Origin: Penicillus capitatus
Lineage: Eukaryota; Plantae; Chlorophyta
NCBI GenBank assembly: GCA_965649825.1
Contig: OZ287706.1
Coordinates: forward strand, 1-64,000
DNA: 64,000 nt
Reading direction: 5' to 3'
Positions 12,059 to 24,745 of this stretch are shown here, in pieces; the first letter of the stretch is position 1; the number at the start of each line of letters is the position of its first letter. A program made the position numbers and the translations under genes. Under the pieces are notes generated by a model, which did not search any database, was not told where the DNA came from, and worked only from the letters and a program-made list of their open reading frames with translations.

Positions 12059-12269
12059 CACACAAAAAAGGACTGGATTTCAAAAGGCGTCCTGCGCCTT
12101 TTTGGTTTCTTTGAAAGACAACAGAGGACTGGTTCATCAAAAACTGCACCCTTCGACAAGGTTCACGCATCGATCAGATGCGTTCATGCAAAAAAAAAGA
12201 TTGCGTTTCAGAAGGCATCCTGTGCCTTTTGCTTTGCTTAGAAGACGACAGAGGACTGGTTCATCAAAA
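12059..12269. repeat. Imperfect direct repeat, two copies of about 84 bp (12059-12142 and 12186-12269)
   Basis: Shared text includes tttcaRaaggcRtcctgYgcctttt and agacRacagaggactggttcatcaaaa. Confidence 0.85.
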
Positions 12270-12408
12270 TAGAATGAAATCGAGGAAGACGCATTTCAAC
12301 TGGTTCCTAAACAAGCAACTTCCTCGTCTTTGCGAGGTGACAGAAAGCTCTGGCCACCAGGTACTCATCTAAAAACGGACGTGTGTGAGTAGGATAATAC
12401 GAATGAGA

Positions 12409-13276
12409 CTACTTCTGTAGGAACATCCCGGGCTCCTCTTTGTCACCGAGGACACAAAGAGGACAAGATGTTTTCTTTGGTCGACTGCTTTTCAACCAGC
12501 ATTTATAATCAGAACGACGCCAGACCCATGAAACACAGTCTACAAAGAAGACAAGAATGCTGAATGTGTTTAAGACTCTGAGTCGTACGAGGGTTAGAAG
12601 CACACAGGTTACAACAGTCATCAGGTTGGTTGATTGCGTGGATTTCTGCAAAATCTCCTCCAGGTCTATCTTCTCCATAGCGAGCGTAGCAGGAATCACT
12701 TGCTTTCTATCCGACAACGTGTGTTTTCATTGGGTTATCGAAAATGACGTTGAAAAATGCCAGACGTACCTTTTCGAGTGCATTGGCTCCTTGACAATCA
12801 CCGCAACTGCTTGGTTGGGACGCGGCGTATTTAAGCCAACAATTGTGATTAGTCTGGTACACAAAGGCCTTGCAGTCTAGTGCACATAATGGCATGGGCA
12901 CGAGTTATAAGTCGTTCAGTTTTACATGGTCCGAGTTGGCGGCATTCTTCGCAGCATCTTTTCGCATTATCGACCACGACTTTTTTGATATCGTTTCCTG
13001 CGGCCAATGGTCGGTTTTATTCAGAACAGAACAGGTTTACCCTTCCAGTCTATTTGAGGATAGATATCATCACAGCAGACTAAAGGAATTGCCCAGTGGT
13101 TTTAGAGATCGCTTGTAGTGTTTACTTTCTTGGTTAACGACGCCGGGGTTTCTTGCGAAATGAGCGACTTCTTCAGACACGGCTCCCTGCGAAACTCTTG
13201 TGTTCTAGATACTCGCGAAGAACAAGGATCTAACCGCGGCCGACAGCAATACCGTCAAAGCAAACGCGACGAGCAT
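12409..13276 (-). CDS. Small secreted protein with two PAN/Apple domains
   Basis: Signal peptide MLVAFALTVLLSAAG. Domain 1: YPQIDWKGNDIKKVVVDNAKRCCEECRQLGPYCKAFVYQTNHNCWLK. Domain 2: YGEDRPGGDFAEIHAINQPDDCCNLCASNP..CVSWVWRRSDYKCWLK. Confidence 0.8.
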
Positions 13277-14273
13277 TTTGAGCCACAGCACTGCAGAAAA
13301 ACACTTTGAATTGAATTTTCAAGTTCGGTAACGAAGAAACGGCGAGGTCATGCTTAGCGAGAGAACACAGCACGCAGTTAGTCGCCGGCAAAATGTGGTT
13401 TGCCAAACATTTACGCGGTTGAAAACTCCCCGTCGACGTTTTTTACTCGTTAACGCACCGACAAGACTTGAGCAAAGCGTTGAAGAACAGTCGGAACTCG
13501 CCACGGAAATCGTTGAAAGCAGATCGCAGAACACGTATGCAGATCTCAGCTTTAATACCTTGATAGTGTTTGGGATGTCCAATTGACTGGATTAGGAGGT
13601 TCTGGAATCTTCTGCCTGTCGAACCTTCTCCGTCATGTAGTCCTTACCAGACTTCGAAAGCTGCGAAATATCATGGAGGATGGATCCTTGGACTGCAATC
13701 CGTCAGTCCACACAACAGAGCAGCCGGCATTGCCGGCAGTTGACGAAGCGAGCACATATGTGCGGTCATCGTTCTCACACTTGTGAAGTATTGATAAAGC
13801 TCGACCAACTTCACGTCTTTCATTCGTTGAACCCTTTCTTTTCCGTCGGAACGAGGATTCAAGTTTAGTGTTAACTCTGAAAGCATCTAGGAGAGCTTAA
13901 GTACTAGAAGGACATGTCTCGCCTCGGGAAAATAAGATAACAGAGTCGCGAGGATGTTCTAACGGAAGACACCGATTATAAGAGGATTGTCCGAGACATC
14001 GAATGGAAGACGTGGAACAACACCTGAGCCTATTAATTCCCGTTTCACATGGCAGATCGTTCACAAACCAAAGGAGATCCATGGACGAAAAAAAGCAAAA
14101 CAAACCTAGATTCCATTACAGGCAGCCGTCAGAAGATCTGGAATACGATCGCGTTGTCGTCAGGTCCCACGTTGCACAGAGTGTTGATGTATGCAATGCA
14201 CAAAGGTGACTGTGAAACATCGACAGCGTTTTGCTGTGTCTTTTCAGTAACGGATGTCAACAACCCTTCGATA

Positions 14274-16561
14274 TCATCCTGGTGCATGTTTCTCATTCTC
14301 GATCATGCGACGAAGAGATATCGTGTTGTCTTCGTGTCTTGTCGACATATTGCCTCCACAGCTTTTTCCTGCATGCAACATACAGAACGTGTCCTCTCTG
14401 AGAGATGTTCGTTTTCTTCTTAGAGACTTTGTTCTCTCAGAAGGCTGGAGGCTATGGATATCGATATTCAGCAGCTTCTCCGCAGCTTCAAAGTGCTCCC
14501 AAGGATCCTCGCTATTGTCACTCTTTTCTTCCGATGCGGTGCCCGGAGTTCCCATCTTCTCCTGCAGTTGACGCTCGTACTCTTTGACTGATGCGTTATA
14601 GAGGTGATCCATATGTTGATAGAAGAGTCTTTGTCGTTCTCTCTCCGTCATGTGAACGTTGCTGCCCCGTTTCTGAACATCCACTACGATCTTTTGTTCC
14701 TGGATAGAATGAGAGACCTGCATGTCATTGGCAATGCTCTCTTGTACATCCTCCCATTCGACAGTGGGCTGTTTGATGAGTTCGCTGAGCAGCGTTTGAT
14801 AAGCTAACACTGCTGCCGTGTGGGAGGCTTCTTTGAATCGGCGTTTGCTGTCGCGCATTTCCTGTGCCATGCGTGCACGTTTCTGTCTCTCTACGGCACT
14901 CCCTGTCCTAGGATCCTCTTTCTGTGCAAGATCATCCAAAAATTTAGTAAGACCAAGAATGAAGTCGCAGGTCACACTTGAGGTGGTGCTGAATGCGAAG
15001 ACGCATCTTCTGTTGATGCTGATCCCGGCGGAGGTCTCTTCGACCCCCTCTCCAAATTCCTGTCTTCTCGTCCTTTCACGAGATTCTCTTCCTCTGTCGT
15101 TGCCGGGTGTATATGACGCTTTGATGGCGGTGCGACAAAGGGATATCGTTTTTTGAAATCCTCAAACAACTGCTCTCGGATATCCATTGCACAACCCTGC
15201 CACCACCATGACACTTCGATCTCACACAAAGGAGGAGATAAGTGAATACACCTTCCATCGCGGGTCATCTCCGTATAGAGCTTCCAGTCCATCGATACCA
15301 GCATTGCCTCCGAAGAGAGTGCTGACGAAGGGAGTGGCACTATCCGAATGGCTGGTTTCTCTATGGCGTGCCTCCAGCAGAAGTGCTTCAAATGATTTCT
15401 TAGCATCGGTTTCGGAAGGAGCCTTCGATTTTCTTTCCTCTTTTGCACGTTCCTGACAATAGGCGACAAAAAGAGACCGGCGTTCTTTCTCCAAACTCAC
15501 ACCCTGCCATCTCGGATCCTCTCCCAAACGCGCAGCTTCTTTCTCGAATCGCGCAAAAGCTGTGACCTATATGTAGAACACACCTTTAGGCCGACACTGT
15601 CTATCCAGAAAACCTTGCCACACTTCAGATTCACGCAGCAGGGCACTGAACGCTTCAATTTCTTCTGATGTTGCTTTCCGGCCACGTTTTACTTCTGGAG
15701 CATTCACCGCTTCTAATTTCGTCTCCATCGCAGCTGATGATATTTGAGATCCTTGTGGAGGAAGTAAGGCAGACGCTGATGGATTCTTGGCTTGGACCAC
15801 TTCTGGGGGAATGGTCCAAACTGTGCCCTGTCGTCATAGATGACAAGATGTAAAGAATCGAGTCTCTGTCGATGAAGATTGCCACTTTGGTGACCATGTT
15901 GTAGTAGTAGACACGACCGTCTTCACATTTGACTTCTGTCCACACAGTGTTAGGAATACGCTCCGATGCAACAGGCTTTGGCGTCTCGGTCGTCCCTGCC
16001 ACATTGCCCAAAAATTCAGCAGGTCGCTCCCATTGAGAGACGCCCGTTGTCGTGTTGTAATAGTATATCTAGTCAGCCAATCACATCAAGGATGTCTCAT
16101 ATACATAACAAAAGAGGGATATCACCAAGTCTCCAGATCGATGGGCTGTCCAGGCAGATGCTGATGGATGATGGACAACAGGATGCGGAGTCACTTCAGG
16201 ACGGTATATCATCTGATGTGTCCCTGAACATAGAGAAGCATCATCAGAAACGGAGAAGTCCTGGTGGGTCCATCCAGCCTGGCAATGGAGAGTAGAGAGG
16301 AGGCGGCATCATGTAAGGGAAGCATGGACGCGGGTGCATCCCACTCTGAAACGACGGTGGGGGGAATGCGGGAGGCCGCATGGGGATAGGAACAGATTGA
16401 GCCGGCGGCATCTGCTGCCTGAAAGCCACATGGCACGACGGAGTCTCTGCGACGATGGTTTACGTGGCGGGTTTGTATCCTAGTCCACGTTTAAACTGCG
16501 CAGCGGCTGCGCCCTTCGATCGCTGTTCTTCGTAATAGTCCTCGGCTCTTTTCTCATCCAT
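14274..16561 (-). CDS. PRP40C: WW/FF-domain splicing factor, PRP40C/TCERG1-like
   Basis: Pro-rich N-terminus, WW domain (WTEVKCEDGRVYYYNMVTK) and FF repeats (DPRWQGVSLEKERRSLFVAY; DDPRWK). First exon is MDEKRAEDYYEEQRSKGAAAAQFKRGLGY. Confidence 0.78.
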
Positions 16562-16600
16562 CGCTCAAATCGCCATCGATCGTAGCCATTCGCATGCTTG

Positions 16601-17709
16601 ATGGCATTCCTCCAGCGCTGGCCGTCTCTGACGTCGAAAGGCGCTCGATCGATCGACGATGCCCGTCGTCTGTTTCGCCAGCCATCGGCAAGGAAACGCA
16701 GCCGGGCATCTCTCCTTCATGCGCGGACACCGCGCCTCGCCATTGCGGCTCAGCAGGGAGAAAACTCGGAGTCCCTGTCGAACAACCTGACCGAAGCAGA
16801 GGCGCGATCTATCCTTGGCGTTACCGCAGAAACGCCTTTCGATGAGATCGTTAAGACCAAGAACCGTCTTCTGCTCTCTCCCAATCTCAGCAAAGCCTCT
16901 ATTCAAGAAGTCAGTCACATCACATCACACATTCACTTATAACCTGAAAGTCTTCTCGTGCCATCTCAGATTCACCGAGCGTATGATCTCTTGTTAATGA
17001 AGAGCATGACAAAACGTGTGCAGAGCTCGGAGGAGATTCCCAGTTCCGTGCGCTATGCTGACGTGCAGAAGCGGAGCTTGGCCATCGAGGTCTTATAGAC
17101 GAGCAGCCGGATCCTATTCATGTTACCGAGGAGATGTATGTGTACAACAGGCAAGGAAAATGTTGTCTCAGATGCCGACAGGGGGCATTGCTATCGAGAA
17201 TCCCAGCAGAGAGATCATGAGGGCGAATTCCATTGTCTTGGGCATTTTGGCGCTCACTCTGCTGCCTCAAGTGCGTTTGTGCTGTCGACAGGGGAAACAA
17301 TGACGATGGTTGTTTAAGGGTGTCAGTCCAATGACCGAAACGACAGATGTCCTGCCTGGATTTCAGTTGGCTTTGGCATTCATGTGGTCTATTTATGCGT
17401 GTCGACAGTACAGACTTCTCGGATTAGGTCCTGTCCCATCACTCACTCATCCACACACTCATGTCACTCTTCTGCCTCAGGTCGTGCATTCGGGTATAGC
17501 TTTCTGGGATTGTTGGCGGGCGGATTGGCAGGTGGTGCCATTGAAGGTGTCCTTCATGTCCAACAGCATCCCATCGGGGTAAGCCATTTCTCTCTTTCTC
17601 TCTCTTTTCATACCCCATTCCTGTGTTGTAGGGATTTCATTCTCCTGCAACACTGATTGGAGAATGCGCTTTGTTGGGTGTCTGGGCGACGGCGACGTTC
17701 CTAGCTTAA
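16601..17709 (+). CDS. CPP1: Chaperone-like protein of POR1 (J-like domain, DUF3353 family), plastid
   Basis: Transit-like N-terminus; EARSILGVTAETPFDEIVKTKN...IHRAYDLLLMKSMTKRV..IPSSVRYADV; C-terminal TM helices ending WATATFLA*. Confidence 0.82.
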
Positions 17710-17788
17710 ACACATGTATGTGCCGTCATCTCCTCTGTATTCCTCCCAACTTTTTCAACAACTGTAACAGATATGTTTGCAATTGTAT

Positions 17789-19607
17789 CTATTCGTATTT
17801 GGCTGGTTCGATGACATCGTCGATTTTCAGAATCATACGACAGACCTGTGTGGCCAAGAAGAGCTGCTGTTTCTTTCCAATGAGAGTCTCAAAAACGTGC
17901 TGCTCTTTCATGTTGTTAGTCCCGGCAGCCATACAGTCGATACCCAATGCTGTATTGCCCGTCTCCAGCTGTGCCTTCTTGATCGCCGTAAGACTGTCGA
18001 TCGGCGATAGGCCACTGTTCTCGGCGAGGGCCAAAGGAACGGCATCGAGGGCTTCGGCAAACGCACGCATGGCATACTGCTCCACACCGATGACGGTATC
18101 TGCAGCGGCCTCTACTGCCAGACTACATGCCACATCTGCTGCTCCGCCACCATAGACGACTTTATTGTCACGGACGAGATTTCGTGCAACGCAGAGAGCG
18201 TCATGAAGCGATCTCTTGGTTTCTTCCAGAATCATATTGTTGCCTCCACGCACAAAGATCGTCACCGCTTTCGTGTTGGGACATCCCTCAATGAGCAACA
18301 TCCGCTCCTTTGTTGTGCCAAAACTGATCTCCTTGACGCTCTTGGCAAATCCTAGCTTCTCTGGAGCGAGCTCTTCGAAACGTGGAATGATGCGTGCGCC
18401 CGTTGCCAATGCCAAGAGTTCAATTTCGCCTCCACCCACCCACCTTACAGCCGGCAGCTTCTTGTGCATGAGGAGATGATTGGCTTCATCGTCAAATCCC
18501 CATTGGCAGAGAACGAGTGTGGCACCGGAGGCAATGCATTTGTCGACCATGTCCACAAAATAGGCGCGTTCTTGATCCCGCAGCCGTTCGAATTTTTCCA
18601 CTGAATCGATATCCACTTTGTGTTTCGTCTTGGGCTTCGGTGGCTCGAATGCACATGTCAATATTGCCATCTTCACATCTTTGAGCTCCTTTGGCATCTG
18701 AGGATGACTGAAATCTTTGTCGATCACCAATCCATTCACCAATCTTGTGTCCTCCAATCGACCACCCACTTTGCCATCCACCTACCCACCACATGCTCGA
18801 TGGAGTGGCAGATGGTACCGGTCGGTGCACCTTGATGAGTTCGAGATTCACATCGCGTCGCTCGAGATCCGCCACACCCAACACTGCCTTCACACATGTC
18901 TCTGCCATATCTCTTTTAACGCGGCCCACAATCTTGGAAGAGAGTGTTGTCATGCAGACTTCCACCAGAGGCTCAATGTCCTTTTGACTGAAGATAAATT
19001 CATCGGAGACTTTGTCCAGATGATCAATGGCCACTTTGCATGCCATCTCATATCCATCTGCCACTCTCAATGGATGGATACCTGCACAGGATGCATGAGA
19101 CATGGGTGAAGTGTTTGATAAATATGACCCATATCGAGCAGTGCCTCCGCTTTTTCGAGCAATGCCCCTGCTAACACGACGACGCTGGTTGTTCCATCAC
19201 CGATCTCCTGGTCCTGTGACTTAGACAGCTCTACCATCAGCTTTGCGATCTGGTTCTCCACATTCATCCGTTCGAGAATGGTGGCGCCGTCATTCGCTGG
19301 ACAACCCGACGGCTGTATAGAGAGACAGATCAGTGATTGGAGAGGTCTTACTGACAGTAACATCTCCGTCGGGGCTCTGCAACATCTTGTCCATGCCTTT
19401 GGGACCAAGGGAAGAACGCATGATGCGTGCGACCGTCTTTGCCGCCAGGATATTTGCCTTTTGAGCCTCGAGGCCTTTGACCCGATACTTCGATTCTTGT
19501 TCCTGAGTTGAAACAGAAACGTCCTTGTTGGACGGGCAGCGATCGGTGGCGAGGAAAACCTTGAGAATAATAAAGGGCCGGCCATATTCGTCGAAGGCGA
19601 GTGCCAT
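17789..19607 (-). CDS. CCT5: T-complex protein 1 subunit epsilon (CCT5)
   Basis: [16 protein letters not shown]|EQES..., [55 protein letters not shown] and [13 protein letters not shown]. Confidence 0.97.
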
Positions 19608-19908
19608 GTGGATAGGAGGATGGACGACGGCACTGGACGACTTTTCGGTTTTTCGTAATGGCGGTGCACCTCATCATGATCATTGTTGACAAATTCATCG
19701 CCATTGATGTGACGTTGCATCGGGTATGGATTCACCGCGGCGAAAGAAATGGATCAACGCTGTCATTGCCTACCTCAAAAGGGAAAAAGCCGATGTCTTG
19801 TTGTACCTTAGATCACTGACCACAGATTCCTGAACGAGCGGTGACCTGTACAGGTCGGCGTCGGATGTCGTCAAGCAGAAAGATTCGGGCGATCACGACG
19901 CTTCCTTG

Positions 19909-22900
19909 ATGACGGACACAATCGTTGCTGAGACATCCTCTGCCTGTAGCAGAGTGCGGAGCTCAGGAGGTCGACTGGAAAAGACAAGCGCTGTTCCACC
20001 GAAGAGACCGTCGCAGTTCTTTCGATGGCGATCAGCTGGCAGAAAGGCACAGAAGGCGAAATCACCATCTCCTGCTGTCACATCACGTCGCATTTTTCCA
20101 TGCCGTCTGAATCGCCCGGCACTGTATTGTGGTAGATAACACAGTTGAGAGATTTCCCACAAAGGACGCGTCGAAACTGCCCCTTCCGTGGATAGAGAAC
20201 GCCCTTCAAGTGACCAGACAGATCCTTCAGCAAGAAGAGAGAAAGGACAACGCCGAACACTCCGAGACGTCGCGAAGACTGGTGAAATGGATGTGCGATA
20301 TCCTTGACGCCACGCAAGAAGACTTGCCGGATGGAGGTCTGACGAAGGAGAAAGCAATGACTTCTACTCGATCCTGTTTGTTGTACTTTATTAGGTGTTA
20401 CCAAGTCAGATGCCACAGCCGTAATGATAGGAGTCCTCCGTATGGCTTTTGAAGAGATCTGCCACCATCTTCGCTTTGGACAACTTGGCGCTTTAACTTT
20501 CCTGGAGCCCATCTTCATGAGCATGGTGACCTTAGAAAAGCTTGGAATGTCGATGGAGATCGAGGCTCGACGCATCGCGGATATCAATATCGAAGAAGCC
20601 GAGTGCATTCGCCTGTCTGAGACATTGACGGAGACGAAAGGAAAGCATCAAGTGAACGGAATAAAACAGGAGTGTCTGGTAAAGAACTCTCTGCTGCTCT
20701 CTGCATACAGACGGGAGTCGAATCGCTGGAGGTCGCGCAGAGATCCGATAAGACAGAAGATGAAATGCATTCTCTGGCGAGGAAGCTCGTGGACTGTCAA
20801 GAGAAACTGAAGCTTTCGATCAGAGAGAATAGAATTCTGGAAACCGCACTCAAGGTTTCTCATTTTAGAGATATGGGCAGAAATCAAGACATCGCTTGTG
20901 TAGGACGCCTGTTGCTCCCAATTGCTACAGCAAGAATCGATCAAGGATGATGCTGCCAAGGAAAAGGATCCGGTTGCGCCTGACGAAGACATCTCAACAA
21001 CGCGCCATAATCAACTGGCCGAGTTGGAAAGTGCAAGACGAGAGAATAAAAATCTGAGACAGGAGACGGAAACGGACAAGGCTCAGTGGATGGCTGAAAA
21101 GCAGAGATACGAGAGGGAACATAATGCGGATGAGATCATCATCACAAGTCTTAAGGAACAAATAAAGGTATCGATGGATTGGTATCCCGTCTTGGATGGC
21201 GATTAAATGATGCTTCTGAAACCGTCAGGCCAAAAGAGAGACTGTTGAAAAACTGGAGCTGTCTCTGAGGGAAGAGCGAGAGAAATTCGACGCCAGTTTC
21301 TCAACGCTGGATCAGAGAAAGGCCGAGAATGCGTGTCTGAAGGAGAATTTGCAGAGAACACAGGAATCTCTCGTGAAAACGGAGAAAAGGCTGAAAGAGT
21401 TAGACGCTCTGTCGTGGATAACATGTTATGCCTGAAACTGTGTGTCTGTAGACAGCGACAGGAACATGATGCACAGCAACAATTGTGGGAAGATAAGATT
21501 ATGACGGTTGAGAATTCGTGCATGGAATTGAAAAGAGCACTTAAGGACGAGGAGGTGTCAAAGAATGCTATCTCAGATGAAAAGCATCGAGTGCAAAGAG
21601 AGATCGAGAAGATGGAGATAGAGATGACATCCTTGAGACAAGAGGTATTTTCCACTCCGACAACACTATTTGGACGTCGAGAGACATATGCTTTGAACAG
21701 AACGCAAGGTTGAGGAAGATAATGATGGGGATTGAGGATCGCATCGTGCGCATTCAAGCACACATGAAGGATGAGAAGCCTTTACATGAAGGACCAACAT
21801 CTTCTCAGCGAGCAGACAGAAAGGCGTTGGATCCTCTTCGTAAAGAAAAACAGGATATGAGTCTCATGACCGAAGAAGCGTCCCTTTTATTACAGAAACC
21901 CGAAAAATGTCTGTTCGCCATTCTTTTTTCTTTGAGGGACGTCTGCATGTGCTTGTTATTGTTCGTGCTACAGTAAAGAGCCTCTATGAAGAAAAGCCAG
22001 TTGCTGAATCGAGTGCAGATTCGCAACATCCTGCCTTGAAGAAGAGCTCAACGGCACTTTCGACTGAAGACAACAAAGGTTGCTATCCATGCCAAGTTTG
22101 GTACAGTATTTAGGATATCTTTTGTCGTGTGACAGGTGATGAGGCATCAGGCAGTTTAGAAAGACAACAGATCCGTCCAGACGTTCTCTTGACACTTGAT
22201 CTCCTTCAGAGTCAGATGAAGGTTCGACTCGAAAAATGAGCAAGAAACCGACAGATGCCTTTTGTCTCAGGGGTCCAAAGAGAAGATCAGAGAACTTGAG
22301 CAGGCATTGAGGGTGTCAGAGGCCACGGCGCTGAGAGAATCTGCAACAAGAGAAGAATTCCAAAACCAACTCCTCATCATTCGTTTCGATAAGGCAAAAG
22401 CTTTTCGGGATCTCGAAGCTCTGAAGGTAAGGAATTAAACGTCTGAACATCCTCATTCCCAGTCTTGTCCGTGCTTTTTTAGCTCAAGATGTTGTCAGTC
22501 GAGAATGAAATGCGATCCCTGAAAGAAGAACAGATTGCTCTACAAAAGGAAAAGGAAGAACTGGAATGTAAGTGTGGCACACTAGTCAACGACATCCAGA
22601 AACTGCAGAGAGATAAGGATGCATTGATGCCACTTCGTGATAGCAACGAACGCATGGAAGTGTGTCCCGGTCAATAGATGGCCTCTGAAGGTCCCACATG
22701 ATGCATTTCTTTTAGCAAGAGAATCACGCTCTGCAAAAGCGATTGCTGAATGTCGAGTGGGATTTGGAAGAAGCCAAAAAGACAATGGCAGCTGCGAAGG
22801 ATCAGCTGAGAGCCGAGACAGCAGCACGACAGAGTCTGGTTGACTCGTGTCATGAGTATGAAGAACGCATACGAGATTTGGAACAGAGACGACAGGTCTG

Positions 22901-24688
22901 CCTACACCACACTGTGCGTGGGAGAGATCAGATGTGGATACTTAGGATATGACAGCCATTACAGAAAAGAATCGACGTCTAGTAGAGGCGATCGAAAAGA
23001 GTGAGAAACAGTGTCAACTTTTGGTGGAAGATGGTACAAAGATGTCCAGACAACTCGAAACGGCCAGGCTTTTGCTGAATGGCATGGATGCGCCGATAAA
23101 TGGTTACCTTTTGCCTGGTCACAATCAGCAATGTACTGTCAAAGGTCCTCTGTCGCTGCTAGATGCAACCGAGATCGGCAGCGAGACGGTTGGAGACAAC
23201 ATGCATGAACACTGCGGATCTTTGGCAAAAAGAAGAAACGTGTGGCATCAATTAAAAGCAAGGATGAGGAGTTTACAAGGTGGCCGATGAGGTTCTGCTC
23301 TACCTAGGTCCATCTTCTTTGCGAAAACCAAAAACGGCTCCGTAATGTCCTCGATGTTTCGAACGAATGCCATAAGCGGCATTGGACAGAACTATACCGT
23401 GCTGTTTCCTCGACAGCAGCATTTGTCCATCGCCAGATGTCGAGCGCAGGAAATCTGGTCCATCGGGCATTTATGCAGGCAACGCAGGAACTGAACTCCG
23501 TCAAAAGCAGCATCGCTGCATTACACATTGAGGGCGAGCAATTTCAAACAGCGTTTCAGATTATGCAAAAGGATGTTGACCATTTTAAGAAGCTTCATCT
23601 CGATAACCTGCCTGTTCCAAAGGACCTGTCGGATCAAGTCATCCATCAGTAGACTGAGAGAATCCAGAAATATTCTTATTGTGCAGGGATCGCAATGGCA
23701 GGATCACAAGAATGAACAGTGGTTCGCTTACACACGCCAACTCATGAAGATCCAGCACTCTCAGCATCCCATGTCAGCTGAAGCGGTGACGATTCTCTGC
23801 AAGCGTGGAACTGGAGTCTTGCATACGTGATGCAGCAGGTGATCGAGACGATCGTTCGAGTCTACTACCGTCGTGTACTCGTTTTTCAGCAAAAAGAGAT
23901 TGTCATTGAACATGATAGCCTCTTCGATGCCATTGTCGATCACTACACCTCTCAGAGGTAAGACCAACAGATGAGGGATGTCAATAGAGTGCGGCGTGTC
24001 CATGTTAGAAAGGGTCAGAAGGGATTGATGCCACAGGACATCACTGCTGCCAGCAGTCCTCTTTCTCGTCTCATTCTGAATGCCATGAACACGGCCACCT
24101 CGCTCAAAGTGCAGATCTTTCTATCCTTTCTGGGACTGGAGACACTCAATCTGGCCAACAAGAGAAACGCATGGGCCTTTTTCGTCCGGTTACTCTCCTG
24201 CCTCACAGATCTCTTGGGAGACCAGGCACAGCAAATCGTGAGAAGATGGTCATCGATGGAAGGCACAGACATCCCTTTGCAATGCGCCATGGACATCTTG
24301 GCCAATCTGTACAACACCGATGAACCCACATGTCCATCCGTATCACATCTTCTGCTCTTCTTGATATCTGTATTCAGGTCTCCCTGTTGTCGAAACACAT
24401 CTCAAGATGCTGTTGAAGAATACGCATACGTTTGACCTGGATGCCTTTCTCTTTGTTCTCCTACAGCAATTCCATTCTGGTGATTCTGTGCTTTTATCGT
24501 GGCGAGGCAATTGTCTTTCTGTTTCATTAGGTATGTGTCCTGTGGATCCACTCCATTGGCCGAGACGCCATACGGATGGCAGTTTGCCGAATTTTCTCAA
24601 TTTCGATCCGAGTGTTGCCGACGTCACCTCACCCCTGATTCATCCGAGGGACATTTCTACGACGCTTCGCTCACTAAGAGACACATAA
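19909..24688 (+). CDS. Large multi-exon coiled-coil protein, function unknown (possibly flagellar/basal-body)
   Basis: A chain of plus-strand E/K/Q/R-rich exons with GT-AG junctions from 19.9 to 24.7 kb; last exon ends ...TTLRSLRDT* at 24688. It could be two genes. Confidence 0.55.
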
Positions 24689-24745
24689 ATTCTGCGGCGC
24701 CGTAGTTTCGCTGTCCATTTTCTCTTTTGCTCACGCGACGCGACG

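Noticed and set aside
13350-14250. Possible plus-strand gene with a transit-peptide-like start
   Set aside because: I could not build a consistent spliced frame or recognise a domain.
17664-19109. Several plus-strand ORFs of 70-163 aa
   Set aside because: Antisense shadows of CCT5.
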